Shown: positions 22,158 to 33,105 of the stretch, piece by piece
Layout: each line of letters starts with the position of its first letter
Position numbering within the stretch: the first letter of the stretch is position 1
The notes under the pieces: model-generated
Databases searched by the model: none
Told to the model about the DNA's origin: nothing
What the model saw: only the letters and a program-made list of their open reading frames with translations
Assembly: GCA_038144955.1 (NCBI GenBank)
Contig: JAYQOT010000001.1
Coordinates: 37,812-101,811 of the forward strand
Source of the DNA: Burkholderiales bacterium
GTDB lineage: Bacteria > Pseudomonadota > Gammaproteobacteria > Burkholderiales > SG8-41
Direction: 5' to 3'
Length of the DNA stretch: 64,000 nt
Translations under genes and position numbers: made by a program

Positions 22158-22899
22158 ACCGGCCGCTCTCGGAATGCTTGCCGATCTGCTGGTCGTCGCT
22201 TCGCTGCTGGGGTTGTTGTACGGGGGTGTGCTGTTCGCCGTGCGTTCGCCGGTCTTTTCGATCACCGACGTTCGCGTGATGTCGTCGCCGGCGCATGTTA
22301 CCCGCGAGCAAATCGAGGAGATCGTCAGGCGGGAAGTGCGCGGTACTTTTTTTACCCAGAAGCTGGGGCAGGCACGCAGTGCGTTCGAAACCCTGCCCTG
22401 GGTGCGCCGTGCCGATATCCGCCGCCGCTGGCCCGGCGCCCTGGATGTCACCCTGGTCGAGCACGAACCACTTGCGCGCTGGGGAAAGACCGCACTGGTC
22501 AATTCGCACGGCGAAGTATTCAGTGCGGCTTACGACGGAACACTGCCGCTATTCAACGGGCCTGCGGATGCAGCGAAGGAGATGGCGATCCAGTATGACC
22601 ATTTCAGGCGCAATCTCGCCGCGATCGGCAGGGTGCCAGAGCAGATCAATGTGTCACCGCGACGGGCTTGGCAGATACGCCTGGATGACGGCATGACGCT
22701 GGATCTAGGTCGGGAACGCATCGAGGAAAGGCTGCGGCGGTTTGTGGCGGCTCATTCACTGACTATCGCTCGCCTGGGTCGGCGCGTGGAACACGTCGAC
22801 CTGCGCTATGCCAACGGATTTGCCGCACAAGTGCCGGGGTTTATGCCCGCAGTATCAACCCGGCCGGGACGCGGTGTTCAGGGACAACGGGAGCCATGA
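22147..22899 (+). CDS. ftsQ: cell division protein FtsQ
   Basis: 250 aa. N-terminal TM helix followed by POTRA-like [27 protein letters not shown]. Confidence 0.9.
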   Translation: MWDKPAALGMLADLLVVASLLGLLYGGVLFAVRSPVFSITDVRVMSSPAHVTREQIEEIVRREVRGTFFTQKLGQARSAFETLPWVRRADIRRRWPGALDVTLVEHEPLARWGKTALVNSHGEVFSAAYDGTLPLFNGPADAAKEMAIQYDHFRRNLAAIGRVPEQINVSPRRAWQIRLDDGMTLDLGRERIEERLRRFVAAHSLTIARLGRRVEHVDLRYANGFAAQVPGFMPAVSTRPGRGVQGQREP

Positions 22900-24134
22900 G
22901 TAAAAACAGGGAAAGCAAAAAACTGGTGGTGGGGCTGGACATCGGCACCTCAAAGATCGTGGCGATAGTCGCCGAGCTCAAGCCGGAGGGCGGCTACGAA
23001 ATCATCGGCATGGGCAGCCATCCTTCGCGCGGGCTTAAGAAAGGTGTGGTGGTCAATATCGAGACTACGGTTAATGCCATCCAGCGTGCATTGGAGGAGG
23101 CCGAACTGATGGCCGACTGCAAGATACGGGAGGTCTATACCGGCATCGCCGGCAACCACATCAAAAGCTTCAATTCGCAGGGCATGGTCGCGATCAAGGA
23201 CAAGGAGGTCGCGCAGATGGACATCGACCGGGTGATCGAGACCGCGAAGGCGGTGCAGATTCCCAATGACCAGCAAATCCTGCACGTGCTGAACCAGGAA
23301 TTCATCATCGACGGCCAGGAGGATGTGCGCGAACCGCTGGGCATGTCGGGCGTGAGGCTCGAGGTCAAGGTGCACATCGTGACGGGCGCAGTATCGGCGG
23401 CACAGAACATCATCAAGTGCGTGCGCCGCTGCGGTCTCGAAGTCAACGACCTGGTTCTGCAACCGCTGGCTTCGTCGGTCGCCGTGTTGTCCGAAGATGA
23501 AAAGGACCTCGGCGTGTGCCTGGTCGACATCGGCGGGGGTACTACCGACATGGCGGTGTTCACGCACGGCGCGATCCGGCACACCGCGGTGATCCCGATC
23601 GCCGGTGACCAGATTACCAATGACATCGCGATGGCGCTGCGCACGCCGACCAAGGATGCTGAAGACATCAAGCAGCGTTTCGGTTGTGCGTTGTCACAGC
23701 TGGCCGACCCTCAGGAGATGGTCGACGTGCCCGGCGTCGGTGACCGCAGCACGCGCCAGCTCTCGCGCAAGACACTGGCCGAGGTCATCGAGCCCCGGGT
23801 CGAGGAGCTTTATTCGCTGGTGCAGGCCGAGTTGAGACGCAGTGGTTACGAAGAATTGTTGTCATCCGGTGTGGTGCTTACCGGGGGATCGAGCGCGATG
23901 CAGGGCATGGTCGAGCTTGGCGAAGAGATATTCCACATGCCGGTGCGCATCGGCATGCCGCAGTACAGCGGGGGACTGGCCGAGGTGGTACGCAGTACGC
24001 GCTACGCGACCGGCGTCGGACTGTTGATTGCAGGGGTGGACGAACATCGCGAGCGTGAGGCGGCGCGCATGCATGTCACCAGTTTCCAGCAGGTGATGGA
24101 CCGGATGAAGAACTGGTTTACGGGAAATTTTTGA
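22896..24134 (+). CDS. ftsA: cell division protein FtsA
   Basis: 412 aa. Actin-like GLDIGTSKIVAIV and VDIGGGTTD motifs. Confidence 0.95.
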   Translation: MSKNRESKKLVVGLDIGTSKIVAIVAELKPEGGYEIIGMGSHPSRGLKKGVVVNIETTVNAIQRALEEAELMADCKIREVYTGIAGNHIKSFNSQGMVAIKDKEVAQMDIDRVIETAKAVQIPNDQQILHVLNQEFIIDGQEDVREPLGMSGVRLEVKVHIVTGAVSAAQNIIKCVRRCGLEVNDLVLQPLASSVAVLSEDEKDLGVCLVDIGGGTTDMAVFTHGAIRHTAVIPIAGDQITNDIAMALRTPTKDAEDIKQRFGCALSQLADPQEMVDVPGVGDRSTRQLSRKTLAEVIEPRVEELYSLVQAELRRSGYEELLSSGVVLTGGSSAMQGMVELGEEIFHMPVRIGMPQYSGGLAEVVRSTRYATGVGLLIAGVDEHREREAARMHVTSFQQVMDRMKNWFTGNF

Positions 24135-24216
24135 ATGGGTGTGAACGGCAAAAAATCGGATTTCAGGGTGCAGGATATTTTCAACATTACTTTGTTTGCG
24201 GAAAAAGGAGGCTCAC

Positions 24217-25377
24217 ATGATTGAACTGATTGATGCACAGGCGCAAGAGGCGGTAATCAAGGTGATCGGGGTTGGCGGCTGCGGCGGCAACGCGGTGGAT
24301 CACATGATCACGCAGGGCGTGCAGGGGGTGGAATTCATCTGCGCGAACACTGATGCCCAGGCGCTCAAGCGTAACCAGGCAAAAACCCAGCTGCAGCTGG
24401 GCGGCGAGATCACCAAGGGGCTGGGCGCCGGTGCCAATCCGGAAATCGGCCGCCAGGCAGCGCTGGAGGATCGCGAACGCATCGCGGAACTGATCTCGGG
24501 TGCCGACATGTTGTTCCTCACCGCGGGCATGGGCGGGGGCACGGGCACCGGCGCAGCGCCGGTAGTGGCGGAAATCGCCAAGGAAATGGGGATACTGACG
24601 GTTGCAGTGGTGACCAAGCCTTTTGCCTTCGAAGGCAAGCGGCAGCGTGTGGCGCAGGAGGGTCTGGACGCGCTGGCACAGCATGTCGATTCGCTGATTG
24701 TCATTCCGAACGACAAGCTGATGCAGGTGCTGGGCAACGCAATCACCCTCGACGAGGCGTTCCGCGCGGCCAATGACGTCCTGCACGGTGCGGTCGCCGG
24801 CATCGCGGAGATCATCAGCTGTCCCGGCATGATCAACGTTGATTTCGCCGACGTGCGCACAGTGATGGCGGAAATGGGGATGGCGATGATGGGGTCGGCC
24901 AAGGCGGCTGGTACCGGCCGGGCACGCGAAGCCGCGGAGCAGGCGGTGGCCTGCCCTCTGCTCGAGGACATCAATATTTCCGATGCCCGTGGCGTGCTGG
25001 TCAACATTTCCGCGAGCAAGGCGACCTTCCAGCTGCAGGAAATGTATGACGTGATGGAAACCATCAAGGCATTTGCTGCGGAATCCGCGACGGTCATTGT
25101 CGGCACGGTTTATGACGAAAGCCTGGAAGATGGCTTGCGCGTGACCATCGTTGCCACGGGACTGGGCAAGCCTCTGGCGCGGCAGATGCCGAAGCCGGTG
25201 GTGGTGGTTGCCCAGAAAACCGGAACTGACAACATGGCCGTGGATGTCGATTACAACGCCCTCGAGCAGCCCGCGGTCATCCGCCGCCGCAATCGCGACG
25301 CGACCATAGAGGCCATGCGGCAGTCCGGGGTGGAGATGCTGGATATTCCGGCTTTCCTGCGCAAACAGGCTGACTGA
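24217..25377 (+). CDS. ftsZ: cell division GTPase FtsZ
   Basis: In-frame part of ORF 24196..25377. ATG at 24217 follows AAGGAGG by 6 nt. GGGTGTGAAPVVA tubulin signature and a C-terminal DIPAFLRKQAD peptide are present. Confidence 0.95.
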   Translation: MIELIDAQAQEAVIKVIGVGGCGGNAVDHMITQGVQGVEFICANTDAQALKRNQAKTQLQLGGEITKGLGAGANPEIGRQAALEDRERIAELISGADMLFLTAGMGGGTGTGAAPVVAEIAKEMGILTVAVVTKPFAFEGKRQRVAQEGLDALAQHVDSLIVIPNDKLMQVLGNAITLDEAFRAANDVLHGAVAGIAEIISCPGMINVDFADVRTVMAEMGMAMMGSAKAAGTGRAREAAEQAVACPLLEDINISDARGVLVNISASKATFQLQEMYDVMETIKAFAAESATVIVGTVYDESLEDGLRVTIVATGLGKPLARQMPKPVVVVAQKTGTDNMAVDVDYNALEQPAVIRRRNRDATIEAMRQSGVEMLDIPAFLRKQAD

Positions 25378-25509
25378 AGACCGGGGCCGCGACTGCGGGG
25401 CGGTATCGGCACGGCCGCCGGATCGCTGTGCTGCAGTGCGACAACGTGCTAAAATCGGCGACCCGCCCGGGCAAACGGGTGGGTGTTGAAATGCATGGGA
25501 TAAACGGAC

Positions 25510-26421
25510 TTGATCAGGCAACGTACATTGAAGAACGTGGTTCGCGCCACCGGCGTGGGACTGCACACGGGAGAAAAAGTCCATATGACTTTGCGCCCGG
25601 CGCAGCCGCATACCGGGATTGTCTTCAGGCGTACCGATCTCGACGTGCCGGTGGAAATCAAGGCCGATCCCTATGCTGTGGGCGACACGCGGCTGTCTTC
25701 ATGCCTGGAACGGGATGGCGTCAGGGTGCAGACGGTCGAGCATCTGATGTCCGCGTTGGCCGGGCTTGGCGTGGACAACGCCTGGGTGGATGTCACTGCG
25801 CCGGAAGTGCCGATCATGGACGGCAGCGCCGGACCTTTCGTGTTCCTGCTGCAATCAGCGGGCATTGAAGAACAGAATGCACCCAAGAAATTCATCCGCA
25901 TCCTGAAACCGGTTGAAGTTCGCGACGGCGACAAGTGGGTGCGTTTCGCGCCGCATAACGGTTTCCGCCTGGAACTGGCGATCGATTATGCGCATCCGGT
26001 ATTCGATGCCAGCGCGCAGACGGTGGTTGTGGATTTTGCATCGACCTCCTATGTCAAGGAGGTGGCCCGTGCGAGGACATTCGGTTTCATGCAGGACGTG
26101 GAGAGCATGCGCGCACAGGGGCTGGCGCTGGGCGGCAGCCTCGACAATGCGATCGTGATGGACGAATACCGTGTGCTCAATACCGACGGCTTGCGCTACG
26201 ACAACGAGTTCGTCAAACACAAGGTGCTGGATGCGATCGGAGACCTCTATCTGCTGGGGCATCCCCTGATCGGCGCGTTCAGCGGGCACAAATCCGGACA
26301 TGCCATGAACAACCGCCTGCTGCGCCACCTGCTGGATCAGCCGCAGGCATGGGAGTTTGTCAGTTTCGACCGTACAGAGGATGCGCCGCCATTCCTGGCG
26401 TGGCAGCCGCAGGTTGCCTGA
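25510..26421 (+). CDS. lpxC: UDP-3-O-acyl-N-acetylglucosamine deacetylase
   Basis: 303 aa. The TTG start at 25510 gives (M)[23 protein letters not shown], colinear with the canonical LpxC N-terminus. Confidence 0.93.
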   Translation: MIRQRTLKNVVRATGVGLHTGEKVHMTLRPAQPHTGIVFRRTDLDVPVEIKADPYAVGDTRLSSCLERDGVRVQTVEHLMSALAGLGVDNAWVDVTAPEVPIMDGSAGPFVFLLQSAGIEEQNAPKKFIRILKPVEVRDGDKWVRFAPHNGFRLELAIDYAHPVFDASAQTVVVDFASTSYVKEVARARTFGFMQDVESMRAQGLALGGSLDNAIVMDEYRVLNTDGLRYDNEFVKHKVLDAIGDLYLLGHPLIGAFSGHKSGHAMNNRLLRHLLDQPQAWEFVSFDRTEDAPPFLAWQPQVA

Positions 26422-26463
26422 ACGCGTTAGCCACGGCGCGGCTTTTACTGAAATGAGCTGCCG

Positions 26464-26649
26464 TTGCTGATCCTCCGCATCATTGGGATTTTTGCGCTGA
26501 TTGCCATCGGCGTATCGTTTGCACTGTATGTCTACACCCGGCAGCCCCGCTATCTGCAGCTGGCCTGGCGAATTTTCTTTGCCACCCTGGGTTTTGCACT
26601 ATTGCTGGTGGCGTTTTATGCGGGTGAGCGGCTGCTGATGGTGGTTTGA
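26464..26649 (+). CDS. hypothetical small membrane protein (two predicted TM helices)
   Basis: 61-codon ORF with a TTG start and two hydrophobic stretches. No recognisable family; coding status is uncertain. Confidence 0.3.
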   Translation: MLILRIIGIFALIAIGVSFALYVYTRQPRYLQLAWRIFFATLGFALLLVAFYAGERLLMVV

Positions 26650-26670
26650 CCCGTCCCGGTGACGTGGGCT

Positions 26671-27111
26671 TCAGCCCCGGCGCCGGCGGTGGACAGCAAA
26701 GCGTTGCAGCGCCTGGCGCAACCCGGGGTCTTTAACCTGCTCCGACAGGTTTTCAAAATTCTCAATCAAATCAACGGGAAAGTCAGTTTTTTTGGAGTTT
26801 CCTGCCCCGATTTCAGCGGGGTTATTTACTTGAATCTGAACCCGAATTCCAGTAACCTGCGCACTCTGTTTTTGCAGGTTCTTGAGCAGTCGTGGCGTGA
26901 TTTGCCGCAATTTGGCCGCGACTGCACCGTTGTCTGCCGCTATGACCAGCATGCCGCCGTGTTCGTTGATCACGCGGCTCGCCTGTGCCAGCTCAGGGGG
27001 CGCGCAGACTGTGTAAAGCCGTTGCAGTGCTGAAATGCGCTGCAATGCCCGGGTCAGCGCTGACAAACCCGCGTTATCGGACAACAGGGCGCTGAGTTTG
27101 CGGGTGGGCAT
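26671..27111 (-). CDS. DUF721/DciA-like protein
   Basis: 146 aa. The central segment GGMLVIAADNGAVAAKLRQITPRLLKNL fits the DUF721 pattern. It sits between lpxC and secA, where DciA-type genes are often found. Assigned from recall only. Confidence 0.5.
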   Translation of the reverse strand: MPTRKLSALLSDNAGLSALTRALQRISALQRLYTVCAPPELAQASRVINEHGGMLVIAADNGAVAAKLRQITPRLLKNLQKQSAQVTGIRVQIQVNNPAEIGAGNSKKTDFPVDLIENFENLSEQVKDPGLRQALQRFAVHRRRRG

Positions 27112-27131
27112 GGCGAGAAGGGGTTTGAACC

Positions 27132-28049
27132 ATGAATATTATTCTGGTTTCAGAGAAGCTGCCAAAGGCGCGGACGATTACTTTGGGCTGGCCGCATCTG
27201 GTTGCAGCCGGTTTTTTTTCGTTCGCGATGGTGGTTTTGATCGCGGGTGCCATGAATTACGGGATCCTGCGGTTTGCCGCTGAGCTGAATATTCCCCATG
27301 TCAGGGATGTGCTGGTGTCGATTCAGCGGCAACAGCACGAACAGGCTCAATCCTATCTGCAGGATAACCTGAATGCCATGGCCGTCCGGCTGGGCCAGAT
27401 GCAGGCGCAATTGCTGCGCCTCGATACTTTGGGCGAACGTCTGGCCAAGCTGGCGGGATTCAAGCCCCAGGAACTGATGTTTCACGAGATCCCGGGGCGC
27501 GGCGGTGCGGCCTCATCAGTGCCCAGTCGCAATCTGTCTCTTGGCGATTTTACCGATCAGATCAATCTCCTGACCCAGCAGCTCGACGATCGTGGCGACA
27601 AACTCGGGTTGCTCGAGTCGATGTTTACCCAGGAAAGCGCCCGCAAGAAACTGATACCCACCAAATTGCCGGTGGACGGCGGCTGGTATTCCTCGAACTA
27701 CGGCTGGCGCATTGATCCCTTTACCGGACAGCGCGCGTTTCATGAAGGTATCGATTTCATGGCTGAGGCCGGCACGCCCATTTTTGCTGCTGCGGCCGGG
27801 GTGGTCGTCTACTCAGAATTCCATACCCAATATGGTAATATGATCGAGATAGATCACGGTAACGATCTGATCACGCGTTATGCTCACGCGTCGAAGCGTT
27901 ATGTTCGTGTCGGCGATATCGTTTTGCGTGGTTCGCGGATAGCGGATGTGGGTGCGACAGGTCGTTCCACTGGTGCGCATCTGCATTTCGAAGTGCGCCA
28001 GCGCGGCGCCGCACGCAACCCTGCACAGTTTCTGCAGTTGCCAGGCTGA
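27132..28049 (+). CDS. M23-family (LytM-type) metallopeptidase
   Basis: 305 aa. N-terminal TM helix, a coiled-coil, then HEGIDF (HxxxD) and GAHLHFEV (HxH) catalytic motifs, all intact. Confidence 0.85.
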   Translation: MNIILVSEKLPKARTITLGWPHLVAAGFFSFAMVVLIAGAMNYGILRFAAELNIPHVRDVLVSIQRQQHEQAQSYLQDNLNAMAVRLGQMQAQLLRLDTLGERLAKLAGFKPQELMFHEIPGRGGAASSVPSRNLSLGDFTDQINLLTQQLDDRGDKLGLLESMFTQESARKKLIPTKLPVDGGWYSSNYGWRIDPFTGQRAFHEGIDFMAEAGTPIFAAAAGVVVYSEFHTQYGNMIEIDHGNDLITRYAHASKRYVRVGDIVLRGSRIADVGATGRSTGAHLHFEVRQRGAARNPAQFLQLPG

Positions 28050-28073
28050 CGGGCACCGAGATTGAGGATTGTG

Positions 28074-28103
28074 GGGGTGGGATTATCCCACCCCTTTTTT
28101 ATT
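28074..28103 (+). terminator. rho-independent terminator after the M23 peptidase gene
   Basis: GGGGTGGGA-TTA-TCCCACCCC, a perfect 9-bp stem, followed by TTTTTTATT. It ends 10 nt before the secA ATG. Confidence 0.6.
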
Positions 28104-28113
28104 CAGGAAGTTC

Positions 28114-30933
28114 ATGATTACCGGCTTATTGAAGAAAGTGTTCGGCAGCCGCAACGAGCGGTTGCTCAAACAGTACCGGCGGCAGGTACGCTCGATCATC
28201 GCGCTCGAACCGCAAATAGCGGCGCTGTCCGACGAGCAGTTGCGTGCGAAAACCGATGAATTTCGCGGCCGGATTCGGGCGCGGCTGGCCGAATCAGGCG
28301 CTGATGCAGGAGCCCCGGGCGAAACCCGTCAGGCCGCCGCAGACAGGCAGCGGCGTGCGGTGCTTGATGAATTGCTGCCGGAAGCCTTTGCCGTGGTGCG
28401 CGAGGCCGGCAAGCGTGTGCTGGGCATGCGCCATTTTGACGTGCAGATGGTCGGCGGCATTGCGTTGCATAACGGCAAGATTGCTGAAATGCGCACCGGC
28501 GAGGGCAAGACGCTGGTGGCAACCCTGCCGGCCTACCTGAACGCTCTGGCGGAAACCGGCGTACACATCGTGACGGTCAACGACTACCTGGCTCAGCGCG
28601 ACGCGGACTGGATGGGGCGCATCTACCGTTTTCTCGGGCTGACTGTCGGCGTCAACCTGTCGCAGATGGAGCATGACCTGAAACAGCAGGCTTACCTCGC
28701 CGACATCACCTATGGCACCAACAACGAGTTCGGATTCGATTACCTGCGCGACAACATGGTCTATGAGCTGTCGGAAAAGGTACAGCGCGGACTGGCCTTT
28801 GCGATCGTCGACGAGGTGGATTCAATCCTGATCGACGAGGCGCGCACGCCCCTGATCATATCCGGACAGGCCGAGGACACCACCGACCTTTATGTGCGCA
28901 TGAATGACATTGCGCCCAAGTTGTCGCGGCAGAAAGAGGAGAAGGGGGCGGGTGACTATTGGGTCGATGAAAAAGGCCATCAGGTCATTCTGTCCGAAGA
29001 GGGGCATGAGCATGCCGAGCAGTTGCTGGCCCGTGCCGGGTTGCTGCCGGAGGGCGGCAGCCTGTATGACGCGACCAACATCGGATTGATGCACCATCTC
29101 AATGCCGCGTTGCGCGCGCACAGCCTCTTTCACCGCGACCAGCAATATGTGGTTCAGAGCAACGAAATCATCATCGTTGACGAATTTACCGGTCGCCTGA
29201 TGCCGGGGCGGCGCTGGTCGGAAGGGTTGCACCAGGCCATCGAGGCCAAGGAAGGCGTGGAAATCCAGAAGGAAAACCAGACGCTAGCCACGATCACTTT
29301 CCAGAATTATTTCCGCATGTACGGAAAGCTCTCCGGCATGACAGGTACTGCGGATACGGAAGCCTACGAGTTCCAGCAGATTTACGGGCTGGAAACCGTG
29401 GTCATTCCCACGCATCACCCGATGATCCGTGACGACCGTATGGACCAGGTTTTCCGCACCAGCAGGGAAAAATACGATGCCATCATCAAGGACATCCGGG
29501 ACTGCCACCAGCGCGGTCAGCCGGTGCTGGTGGGCACGACCTCGATCGAAAACTCCGAATACATTTCAGGTGTATTGAAGAAGGCTGGATTGCCGCATAA
29601 CGTGCTCAACGCCAAGCAGCATGCGCGCGAGGCTGAAATTGTGACCCAGGCCGGCAGACCGAAGGTCATCACCATTGCCACCAACATGGCGGGCCGCGGC
29701 ACCGACATCGTGCTCGGCGGAAATCCCGAGCCTGAAATTAATCGCGTCCTGGCCGACGAATCGATGGATCAGGCGGGGCGCGAGAAACGCGCCACCGAAC
29801 TGCGTGCCGAGTGGAAGTTACGCCATGACGAGGTGGTCAAGGCAGGTGGGCTGCACATCGTCGGTACCGAGCGGCACGAATCACGGCGTATCGACAACCA
29901 GTTGCGCGGTCGTTCCGGCCGGCAGGGGGACCCGGGGTCGAGCCGGTTTTATCTGGCCCTTGACGATGCGCTGTTGCGCATATTCGCCTCCGACCGGGTT
30001 GCGGCGATCATGGAACGCCTGAAGATGCCGGACGGTGAGGCGATCGAGCATCCGTGGGTGACGCGCTCCATCGAAAACGCGCAGCGCAAAGTCGAGGCGA
30101 GGAACTTCGACATGCGCAAGCATCTGCTGGAATACGATGACGTCGCCAACGACCAGCGCAAGGTGATCTACCAGCAGCGCAACGAATTGCTCGACAGCTC
30201 GGATATTTCGGCCACTATCACCGCTATGCGGGCCGACGTGATCCGCGGCCATTTCGCGCAGCACATTCCACCGGGCAGCCTTGAGGAGCAATGGCAGGTG
30301 GAGGGGCTGGAAAACGCGCTGCGTGCCGAACTCGGTCTGGAAGTGCCGGTCAGCCAGTGGCTCAAGGACGATTCTCAACTGGAAGAGGATTCGCTGCTCC
30401 AGCGCATCGTCGAGTCCGCTCACGGCCGTTACACGGAAAAAACCGCAGCGGTCGAACCCGCGGCGATGAGGCAGTATGAGCGTGCCATCATGCTGCAGAG
30501 CGTTGATTTGCACTGGCGCGAGCACCTGGCGGCGCTCGACCATCTGCGCCAGGGGATTCACTTGCGTGGATATGCCCAGAAGAATCCCTCCCAGGAATAC
30601 AAACGCGAAGCATTTGAACTGTTCTCGTCGCTGTTGGACATGGTAAAAACCGATGTCACCCGCACGCTGATGATGGTGCAGATTCGCAGTGCGGAAGAGT
30701 TGCGTGCGGCAGAGGAGCACGAGGTATTACAGAACATCCAGTACCAGCATGCCGATAGTGTGGAGCCGCCGGCCGACCCTGGAAGCCCTGGAGAATACGA
30801 TTCTCCTCCGGCGCAGGGCGAAGCCGAGAAAGCGGCACCTTTTGTGCGCGGAGGCCAGAAAGTGGGGCGTAACGACCCCTGTCCGTGCGGATCAGGAAAG
30901 AAATACAAGCAGTGCCATGGCAGACTGATTTGA
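28114..30933 (+). CDS. secA: preprotein translocase ATPase SecA
   Basis: In-frame part of ORF 28069..30933. ATG at 28114 gives [35 protein letters not shown] Walker A and a C-terminal zinc motif [14 protein letters not shown] are present. Confidence 0.95.
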   Translation: MITGLLKKVFGSRNERLLKQYRRQVRSIIALEPQIAALSDEQLRAKTDEFRGRIRARLAESGADAGAPGETRQAAADRQRRAVLDELLPEAFAVVREAGKRVLGMRHFDVQMVGGIALHNGKIAEMRTGEGKTLVATLPAYLNALAETGVHIVTVNDYLAQRDADWMGRIYRFLGLTVGVNLSQMEHDLKQQAYLADITYGTNNEFGFDYLRDNMVYELSEKVQRGLAFAIVDEVDSILIDEARTPLIISGQAEDTTDLYVRMNDIAPKLSRQKEEKGAGDYWVDEKGHQVILSEEGHEHAEQLLARAGLLPEGGSLYDATNIGLMHHLNAALRAHSLFHRDQQYVVQSNEIIIVDEFTGRLMPGRRWSEGLHQAIEAKEGVEIQKENQTLATITFQNYFRMYGKLSGMTGTADTEAYEFQQIYGLETVVIPTHHPMIRDDRMDQVFRTSREKYDAIIKDIRDCHQRGQPVLVGTTSIENSEYISGVLKKAGLPHNVLNAKQHAREAEIVTQAGRPKVITIATNMAGRGTDIVLGGNPEPEINRVLADESMDQAGREKRATELRAEWKLRHDEVVKAGGLHIVGTERHESRRIDNQLRGRSGRQGDPGSSRFYLALDDALLRIFASDRVAAIMERLKMPDGEAIEHPWVTRSIENAQRKVEARNFDMRKHLLEYDDVANDQRKVIYQQRNELLDSSDISATITAMRADVIRGHFAQHIPPGSLEEQWQVEGLENALRAELGLEVPVSQWLKDDSQLEEDSLLQRIVESAHGRYTEKTAAVEPAAMRQYERAIMLQSVDLHWREHLAALDHLRQGIHLRGYAQKNPSQEYKREAFELFSSLLDMVKTDVTRTLMMVQIRSAEELRAAEEHEVLQNIQYQHADSVEPPADPGSPGEYDSPPAQGEAEKAAPFVRGGQKVGRNDPCPCGSGKKYKQCHGRLI

Positions 30934-30937
30934 CGCT

Positions 30938-32176
30938 ATGCCCGTCAACCTGACACCTCCGGATCCCAAGACGCTGCTGCCCGTGACGGGCGTGCAACTG
31001 GGCATTACCAGTGCGGGAATCCGCAAGTCCGGACGCAAGGATTTGTTACTGATCCGGCTCGACGAGGGTGCGCAGGTCGCGGGTGTATTCACACAGAACC
31101 GGTTTTGTGCCGCACCGGTGGTGGTGGCGCGCCAGCACCTGTCGATGAACGATCCCGGTCGGAGTATCAGGGCCCTGGTGATTAACACCGGGGTGGCCAA
31201 TGCCGGCACCGGCAAGGAAGGCCTGGTGCGTGCGCGCCAGACCTGCGCCGATGCCGCGAAATTGCTTGCCTGCGAACCGACGCAGATATTGCCGTTTTCA
31301 ACCGGGGTGATCATGGAGCCGCTGCCGGTGGAGCGGATCGCGGCTGGCTTGCCTGCCTGCGTGGCCGCGCTGAAAGCGGATGCGTGGGCCGTGGCGGCCG
31401 AAGCCATCATGACCACCGATACCATGCCGAAAGCGGTGTCCCGCCAGTTCCCCGTCGGCAATGCGACGGTCACGGTCACCGGCATAGCCAAGGGCGCGGG
31501 GATGATCCATCCGGGCATGGCCACCATGCTCGGCTTCGTTGCCACCGATGCACGCATCAGTCCGCCGCTGGTCAAGGCTGCGGTGAGTCATGCTGCACAA
31601 CGCTCATTCAACTGCATCACGGTCGATGGCGACACCTCGACCAACGACAGTTTCATGCTGATCGCGTCCGGCAAGATGGACATGCCTGAAATCACCGATG
31701 CGAAAAGCGCCGAGTACCTGGCTTTCCGCGAAGCAGTCACTGCGGTGGCGATCCAGCTCGCGCAGGCCATCGTGCGCGACGGCGAGGGTGCGACCAAATT
31801 CATTACCGTCAAGGTCGAAGCAGGTCGCAACGAGGACGAGTGCCGCAAGGTGGCTTATGCGATCGCGCATTCGCCGTTGATCAAGACTGCATTCTTTGCG
31901 TCTGATCCCAACCTCGGCCGCATACTCGCTGCAATCGGTTACGCTGGCATCACAGACCTGGAAGTCGAAGGGATCGAGTTGTATCTCGACGATGTGCTGG
32001 TGGCGCAGCATGGCGGCCGTCATCCCGGGTACCAAGAGGCCGACGGTCAACGTGTGATGAAGCAGGCGGAGATCACGGTGCGCGTGGTGCTCAATCGCGG
32101 ACGGGCCGCGGCGGTGGTGTGGACCTGCGATTTGTCGCATGACTATGTCAGCATCAACGCTGACTACAGAAGCTAA
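30938..32176 (+). CDS. argJ: bifunctional glutamate N-acetyltransferase / amino-acid acetyltransferase
   Basis: 412 aa. The autoprocessing-site region [13 protein letters not shown] is typical of ArgJ. Confidence 0.92.
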   Translation: MPVNLTPPDPKTLLPVTGVQLGITSAGIRKSGRKDLLLIRLDEGAQVAGVFTQNRFCAAPVVVARQHLSMNDPGRSIRALVINTGVANAGTGKEGLVRARQTCADAAKLLACEPTQILPFSTGVIMEPLPVERIAAGLPACVAALKADAWAVAAEAIMTTDTMPKAVSRQFPVGNATVTVTGIAKGAGMIHPGMATMLGFVATDARISPPLVKAAVSHAAQRSFNCITVDGDTSTNDSFMLIASGKMDMPEITDAKSAEYLAFREAVTAVAIQLAQAIVRDGEGATKFITVKVEAGRNEDECRKVAYAIAHSPLIKTAFFASDPNLGRILAAIGYAGITDLEVEGIELYLDDVLVAQHGGRHPGYQEADGQRVMKQAEITVRVVLNRGRAAAVVWTCDLSHDYVSINADYRS

Positions 32177-32200
32177 AAATATTAATAAAATCATATATTT

Positions 32201-33100
32201 ATGAAGAAATCCCGGCCCCAGACGCCGCCTGCTGCAGAGACGCTGTTCGCCCGCACCGAGTTGCTGCTGCAGCGTCTGGAACAGTTACTGCCGGCCACTC
32301 ACGTACCCACGGACTGGAAGGCCTCGATTGCATTTCGCTGGCGCAAGAAGGGGACACAGGCGACGCTCGAGCCGATACACCAGGTGCATCGCATCGACCT
32401 GCGCGATCTGTGCGGAATCGACGAGCAGAAGGAGCGCGTCGAGCGCAACACCCGCCAGTTCGTCGACGGTCTGCCCGCGAACAACGTGCTGCTCACCGGC
32501 GCCCGCGGAACCGGCAAATCCTCACTGATCAAGGCATTGCTGAACAAGTATGCGTCGCGCGGCCTGCGCGTGATCGAAGTCGAGAAGCGCGATCTCACCG
32601 ACCTGCCCGACATCGTCGAGCTGATCCACGCACGGCCCGAGCGGTTCATCCTTTATTGCGACGATCTTTCATTCGAGGCCGATGAGCCCGGCTACAAGGC
32701 GCTGAAGGTCGTGCTCGACGGCTCGGTGGCGGCCGCATCGGAGAACTGCCTGATCTATGCCACCTCCAACCGTCGCCATCTGATGCCCGAGTACATGCAC
32801 GAAAACCTCGAGTACCAGCACGTCGGCGAGGAAATCCACCCCGGCGAGACCAGCGAGGAGAAAGTGTCCCTCTCCGAACGCTTCGGACTGTGGGTGTCGT
32901 TCTATCCCTTCGACCAGGACGAGTACCTGCGCATCGTCAGGGTCTGGCTGGAGCATTTCAAGGTGTCCGGCGGCAAAAGCGCCGAGGTCGAACATGCCGC
33001 GCTGCAATGGGCCTTGATGCGCGGTTCGCGCAGCGGCCGCGTGGCCTGGCAGTTTGCACGTGACTGGGCGGGCCGCACCCGGCTCAACCGCCGCAAGTAG
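32201..33100 (+). CDS. DUF815-type ATP-binding protein (AAA-like)
   Basis: 299 aa. Walker A LTGARGTGKSS and Walker B-like ILYCDDLSF. Confidence 0.7.
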   Translation: MKKSRPQTPPAAETLFARTELLLQRLEQLLPATHVPTDWKASIAFRWRKKGTQATLEPIHQVHRIDLRDLCGIDEQKERVERNTRQFVDGLPANNVLLTGARGTGKSSLIKALLNKYASRGLRVIEVEKRDLTDLPDIVELIHARPERFILYCDDLSFEADEPGYKALKVVLDGSVAAASENCLIYATSNRRHLMPEYMHENLEYQHVGEEIHPGETSEEKVSLSERFGLWVSFYPFDQDEYLRIVRVWLEHFKVSGGKSAEVEHAALQWALMRGSRSGRVAWQFARDWAGRTRLNRRK

Positions 33101-33105
33101 GCATC

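Noticed and set aside
28050-28113. secM-like regulatory leader upstream of secA
   Set aside because: There is no ORF in the 64-nt spacer. It is occupied by a terminator hairpin.
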